Positions 32,621 through 47,967 of a stretch of DNA of 64,000 bases are shown here, piece after piece. Where the stretch lies: contig OZ024740.1 of assembly GCA_964016885.1 (NCBI GenBank), positions 386,570,001-386,634,000 of the forward strand. The letters run 5' to 3'. How positions within the stretch are numbered: position 1 is the first letter of the stretch; every line of letters starts with the position of its first letter. The translations under genes and the position numbers were made by a program. The notes under the pieces were generated by a model. The model was given only the letters and a program-made list of their open reading frames with translations. It made no database searches and was not told the DNA's origin. The stretch is from Eledone cirrhosa. Its lineage: Eukaryota.

Positions 32621-32948
32621 CTCCTCTCTATCACTCTCTTTTCTCTGGAAAAAATTGTCTTTGTTCAGACCTGGAAAGATGATGGTCTTCACCAGGTTTA
32701 AAATGCCCGAGACATATTGTATGTCACTATAGCACTCCTGAAATTCCACCCGGAGTTACAGGTCCATACTTAGAATACATTTTAATTATACAAATATGTA
32801 TAAAAGTGTGACCCTTTAAGGTTCAGTAGTGTGCCTCTCGGGAGTCTGCACTCTCTGTAGTTGCCTTGTTAGCTTAATTGCAGCGTCAGGCCTGGATGCA
32901 TTGCATCATTGAAGGTAATTTTTGATATAATAATTTTCTGCGATCAAC

Positions 32949-33392
32949 CAGGGTGGTCCGAAAGTCTTGTCACCTCTTGTCACATATTGTTTTAACTTTC
33001 ATTATTTTTTGTTTTAATAATATAATATATAATATCATTAATTATATTAACTTTGCCTTTCATCCTTACGGAGTCGATAAAATAAAGTACCAGTAGTGTA
33101 CCAGGTAATTGCTGGCCTTGTGCCAAAAGTAGAAACAATTAATTATAATATATAATAATAATAATCATATAATTTTCTATTTGAGAGCTCCTACAGTTTG
33201 AACGAGAGGCTGCTTGCAAGTGTATGGACACATGATCGTGTGCATTCTGGCAAGAGCATGGAGGATGTGCAAATTGACTTCACTGCAAGATTCGGCAAAC
33301 CAGCTCCTCCGAAGAGGACGATACTGCGATGGGAACATAAACTGTTTCTCATTACTTTTTGGTAGGGGTGAGAAGACTTTCGGACCACCCTG
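32949..33392. mobile_element. Tc1/mariner-type MITE containing a SINE fragment
   Basis: TIRs cagggtggtccgaaagtctt..cacc / ggtg..aagactttcggaccaccctg; HTH-like remnant FTARFGKPAPPKRTILRW. Confidence 0.75.
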
Positions 33393-33835
33393 TAGTTATT
33401 CAACCACTACATGGGGCGTTGTCACATACTCCTTCAGCCTTTTATCAGAGATGGAGACGGTTTGACGTTAGCCTGCACGGATTCAGCTATGCATCATGAC
33501 AGAGGTAGATGATCTGGATGGATTTTTTTTCTTTGGAGCAATTTAACGCGACAACAATAACACATATTCATGATCGCCTATGTTGAAGACCTACGTCTGA
33601 TCGATGAAAACAATAGAAATCTCTTTTCTGTTCGACACATTTCTTCTAGACCTTTCTCTTGTGGATATCATCATAACAGCCGTATCGCAAGCATGTATGA
33701 CAACACAATGTATTTGGCAGTTTATTTTATTGTTCTATTTCATTCTCAAGCAGTTGAGAATGACGTGATCCAGTATCTTACAAGCAATGGATAACAGTGA
33801 AATGTCTCGGAAGTAGCCACATTCAACATCGTTGC

Positions 33836-33931
<96 letters not shown>

Positions 33932-34059
33932 GAAACAATAGCATTTCAGAATTTATTATGTCATGGTCTCCGGCTAGTTATGAAATGTATTAGAAGTAGT
34001 TTATTGTTGTCAACAAATTTATATATGACATTATTTTCAACTGAACATAGGCGGAGGTG

Positions 34060-34260
34060 GGGGTGGGGGTGATTTGGCAGGGTTGTTAGAGCGACGGACA
34101 AATGCTTAGTAGCATTTGTTCCAACTCTTTACGTTCTGAGTAAAAATCCTGTTGAGGTCAACTTGATCTTTTATCCTTCCGAAACCAATTATTGCAGTCG
34201 ATATGACCGAATTTTCCTTTTCTATAAATTGCCAGCCTTGTGCCAAAACTAAAAAATCAT
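34060..34260 (+). mobile_element. Degenerate SINE
   Basis: Similar to the 16031 SINE (ttggcag..tttacgttctgag..gaggtcaactt..ccttgtgccaaaa). Confidence 0.65.
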
Positions 34261-34910
34261 TATTTTCATCTGAACTTTATTGATACAAATATAATTTTCC
34301 GTTAGATATAAATCTGCCAATAGTTCCATTCGAGAGGTCTGAAGTGTCATACTACATATGTAGATTTTTTTTAAAATGACACTTTAAATACAAAGATTAA
34401 TATTGCCCTTATTCATTTTCAATTATTATCAAAGCATTGTAATAAAGTTTCTGTAGTTCTAAAATCTATCTATTTATCTGTATATCTGTCTGTTTGACTG
34501 TTTGTCTGTAGCGAAATCTAAGCAGAGAGATTTGAACTATTGTTCTCCCGGTCGGCGAAATAAATCATACAACCGCATACACTGACTTCTGACCTCATAG
34601 ATAAACAATCTCCCTTGTATTGTACCCGGTATATTTTATTTCCTTTGTTTTGGAAGAATACAGTTCTCGCGGTGGTGGGGGTGGTGGGGGTTCTGCTTAT
34701 TGTCAACGATAACAGTATTCTCCTAAATAGTCCGCTCTCAGCTGTCCAAGACTCTGTCCGGTTCTGTTTGCGACAGAACCAGAATGATATATTTGCCAAC
34801 AGATACTCATTTCGGCCTTTTCGTCCAGTGAGCGGAGACAGATATACTCCCATTCAATTCCAACAAAGCTTACCTCCAGCTGGGCAATATAATAATTATT
34901 TTATTTTACA

Positions 34911-35526
34911 CTAGCAATTGTACCCGGCGTTGCACGGGATAAGGTATTTTGGAACGCGGGCCGCCAACAGACCTAATCGTGGAAAAACTGCATACCTGGA
35001 CAATATGTAAAGAAAATAAACCGAATACTCTGATGGCTGGATAATCTTTAAGATTTTCCTCGATGAAGCAAGAAAAATGCAGGTTTTCACCTAAGGGCCC
35101 CAGAGGATCAAGAAAATGAATTTTTTTATGTGCATAACATGCCTTGAAATTTCGAGAAAAGAGCCCTAAAAAGCTGAAAAAATGAAGTTTTTCACCTAAT
35201 GCGGGCCCTAGGCCATAAGAAAGTTGGATTTTCTTGGCTCACGGTATGAAGAAGAGACTGACTAATACATAGTTACAATTTCAAGGAAATCGGTCTGATG
35301 TAACGCCTCAAAAAAGACCTAAAACGCTGAAAAAAACGCAGTTTTTCACCTAATGCATCACCTAGGGCATCAAAAAGTTGAAATTTTTTATGTGCATAAC
35401 ACTCCCTGAAACATAAGTAATACACATGTAAAGTTTGAAAAAAATCGGTGGGTACTTCTCGAGTTTTAGGGATTCAAACTCACAGACACACACACAGACA
35501 TACGGCCGTCAGCTTTATATTATAGA
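34911..35526 (-). mobile_element. Non-autonomous Helitron/HINE
   Basis: 5' TCTATAATATAAAG plus (GTCT/GT) repeat; 3' hairpin cccg..cggg and CTAG; A|T site. Confidence 0.8.
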
Positions 35527-36087
35527 TAAAAAAAAACATTATATGACAAAAGAAGAACATTACAAGAAATCCCATATTTACGAACGTACACTATACAATT
35601 ATTGATTTCCCAAGCCCCAAAACTCTCCTCTCCACCACCGCCATTATTGCCACCCCTCCTGTTATTTGGGACCCGAGAGTGCCACAAAACTCTCCTCCTC
35701 TCTATGTCTATCACACAAAACTCTCTTTTAATCCCTCTCTCTCTATCTACTAACACCAAACTCTACGCCTCTCTATATCTACTACGACACCACCTCTCTT
35801 ATCCCACTCTCTATATCTAAGACTAATACATTCTCCTACTCTCTATAAATATCTACACCTATCTCTTTCGATCCCCCCCCCCCCCCCCCCCCCTGTTTAT
35901 CAATCAACCCTAAACTCTCACCCTTTCTATATCTACTACACGGCACTCTCCCATTATCTCTCTCTGTATATTTACAACCACCAAATTCTCCCCCTCTCTA
36001 TATCTATCACAAGGTAGTCTCTTCCAATCCCCCTCTCTATATCAAGTAACACCAAACTCTCCCCCTCTCTGTATCTAATACATGGAA

Positions 36088-36252
36088 CTCTTCTTCTTCT
36101 TCTTCTTCTTCTTTTTCTTTTTCTTCTTCTTCTTCTTCTTCTTCTTCTTCTTCTTCTTCTTCTTCTTCTTCTTCTTCTTCTTCTTCTTCTTCTTCTTCTT
36201 CTTCTTCTTCTTCTTCTTCTTCTTCTTCTTCTTCTTCTCCTTCTTCTTCTTC

Positions 36253-36255
<3 letters not shown>
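36088..36255. repeat. (TTC)n microsatellite
   Basis: Directly visible. Confidence 0.97.
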
Positions 36256-36305
<50 letters not shown>

Positions 36306-36407
36306 CGTGCGTGTGTGCGTGCGCGCGCGCGCGTGTGCATATGACAAGCCATATATACATATATATATATATACATAACAAAACACACATATATGTATAT
36401 GTATGGT

Positions 36408-38200
36408 GCTGATACCTATGCAGCTAAGGAATTTCCCGGTTTCTTAAGAATATCAGCGACGTGGCAACAAGCCCACCCTACCAACTTGTATTCCGTTACA
36501 AGTGAGAGAAATATATAGCATCTGCCTTTGATTTGGAAAAGTTAAAATCTCATAGTAACTTTTTATCTGTTGAAGTTAGATCAACAACGCCTCTTAATTT
36601 TCATACATCCACGTATACAAAAGCTTGGGCACATCATCACTATTGTATGTTGGAGTCACTGGGTGATTTGGGTCTTACAACAAACCTTCTCATCCAGGTG
36701 ACCCAACCCAATCGCCAGTCTCTGTCCAAATGACATACATACTATTGGCCCCACCGGTCAATTCTCTTTAGCCATAGACATCTAGATGACTTCTCTACTG
36801 CTTCCACGTTGTTCCTGATGGCTCTCCGCCAGCTTGCTACCGTAATACTCAGAGCTACATAGGTTTTGCTAAGTGAACGAGCTGCAAATCCTCGGTTGCC
36901 AAACCTTCCTGGCCTGCACCTGGTTTTCTACCTATTCCTGCAACAGGTCTTCACAAACTGATACCTTGCTCTCTTCTTCTTCTGTGCCTCTCAAACAACA
37001 GTTAACTTCACTAGAATGAACTGCCCTGACCTCGAAAATCATGGCGATATCTTGTCTCAACATGAACTGAGTGATCTGCGCGGAAACGACATATAATTCT
37101 TAAAACTGAATTCCTCAGTAACTTCATCACAAAAATAACTACATCAGTTTACTTGGAATTACCCTGACTTTGAGAGAGGCGACAACGCAAAGAGTTTTTC
37201 TTTTTTAAATAAACATAATACCTTCGTAAGAAAAGATTCAAGAATATGCACAAGGCGTTTGACACATCCTTTGAAAAGCAACTAATGTTCTCAGATATAA
37301 CACATTCTGTCTTGTTTCTCACTATTGCTTTTCAATAGGCCCATGTACTCATGATTAAAATTCATCAATTGGTTACGGCGACACTGGTGTCAACCTGCTT
37401 TCGGCCTTTGTCTTCCCCTTGGTTGGCGCTTTAGATAAGTTCTTAAATTACAGCGTTGTATTAAACAGTGATATACGGGGTCAATATAATATATCATAAA
37501 TGTAGACACCAGCACGAAAGGCTATTGTTAACAGTGATACAGAGACAAATGAAGATGATAGACATTGCCAAACTGTTGGAAGGTCCAGAAGCTTGTTTTC
37601 GCACTCTCCAAGCACATAATTTTAGATAATTTCTTAGAAGTATCATATCACATATTGCTATCTAATTAGGATAAAATTATAAAGCACTTTTAATTAATTA
37701 CGATCTAATTTTACAATGATATAATCAAATCATAAACTAGATTGAATTAATAAATTTATTCAGTTGAAAAGCAATAGGGAGAAATTATCAACAATGACAA
37801 TCTTTTGTCATTTTCGAACAAGAGTGTGAAAACAAAACCTACTGTGTGACAATTACTATTTTTACCAAGTCCTTCCAAATCAAAGGCAGATGTATTGTAA
37901 TATTTCCATCATTGAATACAAGATTGAGCGAGAGGAGGAGGGGGCTGTCGCAGACCTGCCAACCTTTAAAAACCCAAACGGGGAAAAAAAGTGCCCCAAA
38001 ACGAGGAGAAATGAGGCAAAAATGGAGAGATTTTACATAATGAAAGCTATAACGATTTTCACAAGAGAAGACATCTCTCACACATCCCAAAGTGGGTGGG
38101 CGATCTCCTCGTCGGACGGGGAAAGTTGACTGGTCTGCTGTTGCCATGATTGATGATATTCTTAAGAAACTGGGGAAATTCTTGACAGCATAGGGTATCA
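36408..38200. mobile_element. Putative DNA transposon with ~60 bp imperfect TIRs
   Basis: tgatacctatgc..gaatttccc..tttcttaagaatatca..tggcaaca (36408-36469) is inverted at 38139-38200. Confidence 0.55.
36640..37090 (-). pseudogene. R2-group (restriction-like endonuclease) LINE 3' remnant
   Basis: Manual reading gives ELT..KKRARY..G.RGF..SL..RAI..EA.E..S..LWLK-like motifs, heavily degraded. Confidence 0.5.
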
Positions 38201-39190
38201 AACTAGTAGATTTACTTTGTTTCTGCTTGTATGACACAGTAGTTATTCGTATGTGGTGCAGTATGACAGTAAGTATGAACATATTGTATCCTCTCCACTA
38301 TAAATACATAGCCATACAAAAACAGAACAAGATTTAACTGAAGCTGCATAAACGTGTAAATAAACACAGTCAGATGTGTTAATGTATGTGTTGTTTATTT
38401 TAGCGTATTACTTACTTTGTGGGCCGAAAAAGAATTGAAAAAACTAGCTTGAGTTTTAACACCAAATGGAGTCACTTTTTGAGATTGAACAAACCTCTGT
38501 CCAGAGAGAGATTCTGGTGGTGATACAGTGAATGAGGAGAGGCTCGTCATATCAGGAGTGCCTCAGAACATTCTGGGTGAGCAGTCTAATTCTTAAGGAA
38601 ATTGTTTGAACAGCCTCATTGGTATGCTTTTCTGTTTGTTATTTTTTTGAAATGTTGTTGTTCTTTGTTCTTGTTTTGAGAAGAAAAGTTAATAAAGTCA
38701 AAACTTCAAATAACGTATTTCATGAAGTTTTTAATAAACTCTGCTTTCTAAATCAGTGAGCACACCCTTGACCAATAATTGGGGGTAGGGTGGGGGGTTT
38801 TGATCATTGCCATCCAGTGCACTGCCTCATTAGCGACAGGTCGGGGAAGAAGAACTATGGTTATCAGATAAAGCGAATCGTTCATTCTAAATCATTTGAC
38901 ACCAACCCACCCAAATCAGCGTCTGGTTCTATGAAACAAAACCACCTATTTTAAAGTGTTCCTATTCAAATTTAAATCTTCCATCAAAATATTTTATAAG
39001 AACATGCTGTTATGCTACACATACGATCTTAATAATGGTTTCTGATTTAAGCACTTGGTCAACAATTTTTGGGGAAGGGGAAAGTCTATTAAATCAATCC
39101 CAGTACTATATTATATAAGAAACCATTATGATGATGATGATGATGTAATGGTTCCTGATCATCAAATTACTGCTACAATTTTATTAAAAA

Positions 39191-39342
39191 CTAGACCACC
39201 CGTGACCCGTTGGGTCACGTTCACTTCAAAATAATTTTTAAATAATTAAAATATACACAGATATGTATATAATGTGAAATGAAATTGGAAGGTCCATATA
39301 TATACGTGTGTGTAGGTATATATATATATAAATGTGTGTTTG

Positions 39343-39373
<31 letters not shown>

Positions 39374-39444
39374 ATATATTTATGTGGGTGTCTGTGATCT
39401 ATATACACTGGTCATAATCACACACACACATATACACACACACT

Positions 39445-39502
<58 letters not shown>

Positions 39503-39786
39503 TCAAAACCACCTCTCTCACATCCATCCTCCTTCTCTGTCTCCTCTCACAACCACTATCTCTTTCTCTCTATCCTTCTCTCTGTCTCTGTTTATGAAGG
39601 TACCCAGAAAACTCCATATCTCGGGAACACGTGCTCCGATTTACGCGAAACTTGTTTTATTCCATTTGTACTCCCATTTCAGGGTCAACTTCCTTTCAAA
39701 GTATTTTCCCATTTTGCGCCCTTTTGTCTGTATTACATTACAGACAAGCAATCAAGCAATCACAGAGTAGTATATATATATATAGA
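39191..39786 (-). mobile_element. Non-autonomous Helitron/HINE
   Basis: 5' TCTATATATA; 3' hairpin cgtgaccc gtt gggtcacg and CTAG; A|T site. Confidence 0.8.
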
Positions 39787-41239
39787 TATGGTGATGAAAG
39801 GGTTAAAATCAGCCAGATGAAGCTGTACAAAACATATTCAGCTTCGACAGTTGTAATTAAAAAAGACAAAACTGAAACTTATCTTACAAAAATATTTTAT
39901 TAAAATAAATATATACTATAAAATATATCTATAATCTTTATGGAATTATTTTCACGAATATGATTGAGATGCACAGCCGGACTAGAAGTGGTATCACGGC
40001 TGGCAGGTGTAGAATCAGTCGGCCGGCATTTGCAGAAGACATATTATTACTTAACTGGCCAGAAAGTGATGACTCGCTGAAGGGAATGTTTGAGGACTCG
40101 GACTCGCACGATCCTCTCGGGAATCGAAGAAGAAGAAGAAGAAGAAGAAGAAGAAGAAGAAGAAGAAGAAGAAGAAGAAGAAGAAGAAGAAGATATATAT
40201 AAAAAATACATATGCATATATAAATATACTCTTATATGAAATATACATATACAAATATATGTTGTCATATATAAAATATAACACACGTTTTACAATGTAA
40301 AAGGGTTAAAAAATATATAATTCTTTTTTTTTTATAATTCAAAAATATACTCTTTCTGGAATGACTTCGAAATCCTATGAAATGAATGCTCTGGTAATAA
40401 AAATAATTATAGATACATGATTATAAATATGTAAACGAAGGCCGTGGGGGAGTGACTAGATATATGTTTTGTGTACGAGTGCAAGCATGTGTGTGCGTAT
40501 AAGTGTGTGTGCGTGCGTATGTGTTTATTTGTTTGTTTGTTTGTGTGTGTGTGCATATGTATGTGTGTGTGTATGTGTGTTTGTACGTGTGCGTGTGTGC
40601 ATGTATGTGTGTATGTGTGCGTGTGTGTATGTGTGCGTGTGCATTGTGTGTGTGTGTGCGTGTGTGTGTGTGTGTGAGAGTGTTTGTGTGTGTGTGTTTA
40701 CACATTTTTCTTCTGTCGTTTTTATTCTATAGACACTAACTTGGGGTTAAATGTAAACAGTTAAATCAACCTATTATAATCGTTTTAGAGATGTTCCGTT
40801 TTAAGTATACAAAATGGCATACATTAAAATGAAAGTGAATTAAAGTGAAAGGAAAAAATCCCACAATAAAATGAAGCTGAATTGTTTTGCAGTCTTAGGC
40901 AAGATTTTGTTTTCTTTGACTCATACTTGACTGCCTTATCATGTTGAGCGAATTTATTGTTGAGTGGCAAGTGACAAATAAATCACTCAGAAAAACACTT
41001 CACAAATAAATCTTTCAGTTCATCGATTAAAAAAACAAAAAACAATTAAGCAATGATTTAAAATGAAAAAATAAGCATCTTTCATTTGAATGTCCTTTCA
41101 GTTTCATTTGCTTGCATTTGACTGCCATTTCTACCATGACAAGCGACCACGTAGATACTTCATTCTTTTTGGTGTAGTATAGTGTAGTGAAGAAGTGTAG
41201 TGAAGTACAGTGTAGAGTATTATTGGTTCACGGCTTCAT

Positions 41240-41770
41240 TAGGTCTAGTATTATGTAGATGTATATTTATGCTTTTAACATTCGTTATTGCCCTATAACA
41301 AATTGTTTGTCTTGTTCGTATAGTCAGATCGTTATTATTGGCTCCTTTGTTATTGTTGCCATTGTTCTTGTTGTCATAGACGTTACATCACTTTTCCTAC
41401 GGCAATGGCATGGGCAAAGAGATAGTTGACGAGGCAGGCTTATGCATGCACACACATCCAATTGATATATTCATATTTTTATTGACGAAAGGATCGTTTG
41501 CACTAGCTCGCTCTTGGACAAGGATCTCCAGATACTGTTCCTCACAAACGTGGTTTATTCCAGAGGCACAGGTTTTCCGACAGCAGCGCCTTTCGAGTAA
41601 TACCTTTGGAAAGCGATTCTCAACGTTACTATTAAGTTTTGTGTATGATGGGCATAGCATCGTATTCCTATGGTCGTGGCACGAACTAATGGGAGCGCCA
41701 TTCGTCATTGAAAGCATTCTGCGAAAACAATTCGCTTCCACAGAAACGGCAATGTAGAATAATACGAAGA
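41240..41770 (-). pseudogene. Highly degraded RTE LINE fragment
   Basis: MEANCFRRMLS-type post-RT motif. Confidence 0.45.
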
Positions 41771-42181
41771 GTAACTGAAAATATAAAAGAAAGGCAATAT
41801 TTAATAACTCTTAAGGTAATTTTAAAACACACATACACGCACACAAGTACACAGACAAGGACTCATGCATATAACACATGCACATACACACACTCATATA
41901 TGCGCATGATGCCCTGAGCTTTGTTTCACACACTTTGCTTGTTTAATCAATCGGATTTTATGGTAAATTCTACAGTAAATTCTACTCGAGATAACACAAT
42001 ATAGAATTAGAAATAGGGTTCTATAATCCTGCCGTTCTATATGAAACATATTTGAAGGCATGGGCTATTAAATGTAACACACACACACGTATGTATGTAT
42101 GTATGTATGTATGTATGTATGTATGTATGTATGTATGTATGTATGTATGAATGTATGTATGTATGTGTGTATGTGTGTATA

Positions 42182-42594
42182 TGTCAGGTCACCACTTGGT
42201 GCAACTGGTAACATGTATGCCAGTACAACCTGTCTCATGGTCGGGTCGTTGGCGACTAAACTGGCAACCCCACCAAAGTTTCTTGGTGAGGAGGGTGACT
42301 TTGGACATCCTGCAGGACTAAAAACAAAACCTGTTAAAGGGCAAAGGAGCTCTTAAGAGTCAATGGCCATCCAAAATCACCGGGAGAGATGACCCCTTAG
42401 CCTTTGTCAAGGCAGAATTCTAGGAGAAGGAAAACTCTGATATAACACTTGCAACTCTGATGGTATCCAATGATGTTGACATGTTCTTCTTTTTGGTAAA
42501 TATCATCTTGGTTAAGAGAGTGGGACTGGCTTTGTGCAGTGCCTTTGCTCACTATAAAAGCTTCACGGCACAGACATTGCTTTATATCTGGAGA
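42182..42594 (+). mobile_element. Copy (5' part) of the 1643-2251 repeat
   Basis: Near-identical reverse complement, preceded by (GTAT)n. Confidence 0.8.
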
Positions 42595-42857
42595 TAGTCC
42601 AGAATTAGCCGTCGAAACGGCTTGAGCTCAGCTGTCGGGGTCTTACTGGTTCCTATATATATATATATATATATGGAAAAGAATGAAACGAAATTTCATT
42701 TCTCACTCTTAGTACGGCTGATACCTAAATATAAGTATGTATACGTACATACACATATGTGTACAGACGCACAGTAGTATGTATATATGTGTGCATGTAT
42801 GTATATATATACATACTACTGTGCGTCTGTACACATATATGTATGTACGTATACATA

Positions 42858-42916
<59 letters not shown>

Positions 42917-43052
42917 GCATATATTTAAATATATATATATATATATAAAGAATATATACATATATAAATGTATATGTATGTATGTGTGTATATATATATA
43001 TATATATACATTATATTAATAAATGGAAACTATATTTATAAAACCATATTTA

Positions 43053-43114
43053 TTTTATTATATATATTTCAAGGGCAACCAAGGCAAATTATGGTGCGCT
43101 TTCATCAGATAAAA
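43053..43114 (-). ncRNA. Hammerhead ribozyme (family I)
   Basis: ttttat-CTGATGA-aagcgcacca...tggttgccctt-GAAA-tatata palindrome-TA-ataaaa. Confidence 0.8.
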
Positions 43115-43254
43115 TACAGATTTATTTTATAAATAAATATTGACATACCCGGAAAAAAAGACAACCTTAACGGTTGGAACCCCTTGTTGAGTGCTTTATA
43201 TCTGTTATAAACATTTTAAAGCTTGTTGAATCTCAACAAATTAAATATAACCTC

Positions 43255-43314
<60 letters not shown>

Positions 43315-43514
43315 AGTGTAAGCTAAGTAAAATCGAAACTTTGGCTGTGGCCAAGCAAAGTCGACCTACAATAAGGAATGAGTAGCAAAGCACTCAATAA
43401 GGGTAGAGTAATAACATTACGTTTAAAAAGCTTGACAAATTGAAAATTGCGGTAGGCAACATCCAACCATACAATACCAAAAACAACGAAAGAACTAATC
43501 AGGTTATATATAAA

Positions 43515-43579
<65 letters not shown>

Positions 43580-43585
43580 GAATAT

Positions 43586-43625
<40 letters not shown>

Positions 43626-43633
43626 AGAATATA

Positions 43634-43728
<95 letters not shown>

Positions 43729-43750
43729 CATACATATATAAATGTATATG

Positions 43751-43824
<74 letters not shown>

Positions 43825-43971
43825 AAGAAATTAAAAGATGGTTTAAAAAGTTCCATATATTTAACCATCTTTTAATTTCTTCTTTAATATATATACTCCA
43901 GTTCTCCCAACTGTTGAGTGGTACTGATCTGATATATGCATAGTTTTATTGTTCTACAATATTACTCACCT

Positions 43972-44137
<166 letters not shown>

Positions 44138-44320
44138 CACTACTCTACACTGCAAAAAATTTCAAACATACATGCATACATATGTAAATACATATTTATA
44201 CACACACACACATATATATATGTATATCCATGCACACACATTCATATTTATATACATATATGTATATATATATATTATAAATAAATATACACGGGTGTGT
44301 ATGATATATATATATACACG

Positions 44321-44351
<31 letters not shown>

Positions 44352-44364
44352 TATATATTATATA

Positions 44365-44425
<61 letters not shown>

Positions 44426-44448
44426 AATATATATATATATTATATATA

Positions 44449-44490
<42 letters not shown>

Positions 44491-44502
44491 TATATATATA
44501 AT

Positions 44503-44609
<107 letters not shown>

Positions 44610-44631
44610 GTATGTATATATATATATATAC

Positions 44632-44670
<39 letters not shown>

Positions 44671-44673
<3 letters not shown>

Positions 44674-44988
44674 CGTTTCTGAATTTGTTTAGCAAGATTC
44701 TTTATCTGAAATCGTGTGTTGAAACCGATATTGTTATACTTTGGGAGGGTCATGTTGCCAATAAGCAACACACGCACCAGTTGCTTTCACTTCAATTTAT
44801 TATAATAAATTTATAATAAATTTATAAATTTATAAATTTCTGGTTGGTTGGTTGGTTCCACAACCAGATAGTTGTTTATATATTGTCATAGTTCTTTCGT
44901 CACACACTATGTGACCTCTTCAGTAACTGGGGATTCCTTTCTTTGTTTTTGTGCCTCTCCTTTGTTCTGTCCTACGCCATTTTGTTTC
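44671..44988 (-). mobile_element. Uninterrupted family-G HHR element
   Basis: Matches 26464-26599 joined to 29173-29345. Confidence 0.75.
44885..44927 (-). ncRNA. Family-G hammerhead
   Basis: gtta-CTGAAGA-g-gtcacatagtgtgtgac-GAAA-gaac-TA-tgac. Confidence 0.7.
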
Positions 44989-45047
44989 TCTCTCTCTCTC
45001 TATATATATATATATGTATGTATGTATGTATATATATATATATATAT

Positions 45048-45549
<502 letters not shown>

Positions 45550-45700
45550 TATATAGTATATATATATACACAATGATATTGAATAAATGGAAACTATATT
45601 TATAAAACCATGTACATATATATATGTGTGTACATACATATATATATACATATGTATATATATATATACATTTATTTACACACATACATATATATATATA

Positions 45701-45759
<59 letters not shown>

Positions 45760-46845
45760 TTGTGCATGCATGCGCATACCCACACACACTTGTATAATGC
45801 TAACAGAATATACTTCTAAATAATTATGCTTACACACGAATTAAAACGAAGAAAAACAAAGCTTTACTTACAGAAATTTTTGCTGCGATCATCTTTTCCA
45901 TCTTTGCTGAGAATTATAGTAAGTTGTAAGTTACGTTGAATGAGTATGTTTGAATCTTTGTATAATATCTTTGAATAATATAACGATTCACAACTGTGCT
46001 TAAAAACTTTGGACTTCTTTCAAATAGAAAAGTAAAAAGTCATGAAAGCTCAAATTGATTGTTGATCTTCTGGCAACCAAATCTGGTTATGTTGTGTTCA
46101 GGGATTGAAGAAGCATTTATATAGTCTTTTTTTTTTGTGACTGGTTGGTAAGCATATTACATCATGACATGGTTTTAATGACTGCATCCTGATTAAATCA
46201 ACTCATGCAAATCTTTTCCTTGACAAAGCAAATAGATGTGAATATTTTATGCAAATAGCCTACCTTTATTTTTTTTCCTCGCAAAAACATGTCATATCCT
46301 CTTCGTGGAAGTTATTTTTAGAGAAATAAGGATGTCGAAGTGACATAATTTCGTTTGCCGTAACCTACAAATGACTTCTCTTTGGTTCATTTAATTGTTC
46401 ATAAAGTATTTATATAAATAAATGTTTTAATTGTGTATGAGGAAAAAGAAAGATTTATATTTTTTTACGCATTACAACGACTAGTTCATGGAGTTTAACC
46501 GGAAACGGATGTAAATAAAGAAATCATTATTATTTGTTTGGTTTATTTTGATTGCTTAACTCCTATTTTTTCCCCCAAAACCCTTGCATTTTTCTTATAG
46601 ACTCTTATTTAAAAATATATCAAAATTAGTTCTTACTGAATTATATAGCTATTTCTTTTTTCTATTCTTTTAGGATATACTTACCAATGATTACCTCATA
46701 ACATCCTTTATGTAATCACCTTCCTAATTCCTTCTTATACATTTATATTATTGGCGCATATTTAGGTGAAAAGGATTCAGGGGTCGTTACTGAGATAAAC
46801 TGTTTCATGTATTCATTTGTTATTTGCTGTCTGTATTATAGTTAA

Positions 46846-47967
46846 CTAGCTGAATGACCCGGTGTTGTCCGGGTTACTGCTGTTACAGATTAATAAACAA
46901 TAAATGTGAAAATGTATTTTTCTCTCATAATTATTTCAAAATATCTATATCTTATTAAAAGAAATATCAAAATTGTAATGATAATAGAATTTAGAAATGA
47001 AAATCTGTAAATCTTGAAGCCTCTCAGGGTAAACAATATTCATTCTGTAATTTTTTGTTGGTGTCCAAATGAATAAATTGTTGTTGCTTCCAACTCATGA
47101 GCAACCAACATAGAGTTGACTGTGCGAGAAACATGTAGTAGAGAGATCAAGTCCAACTACCTTGGGGGATCGAGCCTGAGATTTGTTAATTGGAATAACA
47201 AAACTTAGTTTGACTGGAAACTGAAGCCTCTTAAATTCAAATGGAACAGCTGTAGGTATGAGAGGAATTTTTAGAATAAAGACATTTTGTTTTTAACATT
47301 GTAAACAAATAAGTATCAACATCCAAAAGAAAGAAATATTAATTATTATTTTTGTATGCAGTGTAAATTAACCAAATATAAGCAAATGTATTAACTGCTA
47401 ATTTCACAGTATGAGAATATAAATAGAAAAGAACAGACGCACATACACTCACACAAACATACACTTATAAAAAAAACACACAGACATACATTCATACAAA
47501 CACACACAGTTTCACTCCCAGCGTTTCGTTATGTCAGTCGTCACAGAAATGTATGTATATGCACACACACATACACTCTCACATACACTCATACACATAT
47601 ACTTGTCAGTCATCACATGTGTAGTGTGTATGTGTTTAATTCTCGGTGTATCTGATGTATATGTTATAACTTACTAAGGCCTAAGGTATGTAACGAACAC
47701 GTAAACACATACTCATATACAAAATGTGACGTTGTCGTTGTCTTCGTCGTCATGTTATAAAATGTCCGTTTACATATAGTTGACTATAGTAGAATATTTT
47801 AGATAAAATGTTATATTGTTTTAATCCAAATGAAAATAAAAATTACATGTTGTTAATCCCGGGGCCTAATACCTTGTAAAATTTGATTTGATTTAATCGA
47901 GCCATTTCAGAATGCATAAGGAAAAGACATACAGACAAAGAGACAAAGAACTTTATACAGAGAGAGA
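46846..47967 (-). mobile_element. Non-autonomous Helitron with a PIF1 C-terminal remnant
   Basis: 3' hairpin cccgg..ccggg and CTAG; PFEFKRLQFPVKL..INKSQ..CFSHSQLYVGCS at ~47060-47285. Confidence 0.8.

Noticed and set aside
32655-32700. CTGGTGA-agacc/ggtct-GAAC on the minus strand
   Set aside because: Core mutated and no stem I or III.
35972-36390. Poly-R/E/F ORFs
   Set aside because: Translation of the (TTC)n repeat.
38404-38577. Possible host exon (ttttag acceptor, gtgag donor)
   Set aside because: The frames I read contain stops and show no recognisable homology.
45872-46126. Possible minus-strand exon with a DYINAS-like peptide
   Set aside because: The frame terminates and the downstream sequence does not resemble a tyrosine phosphatase.
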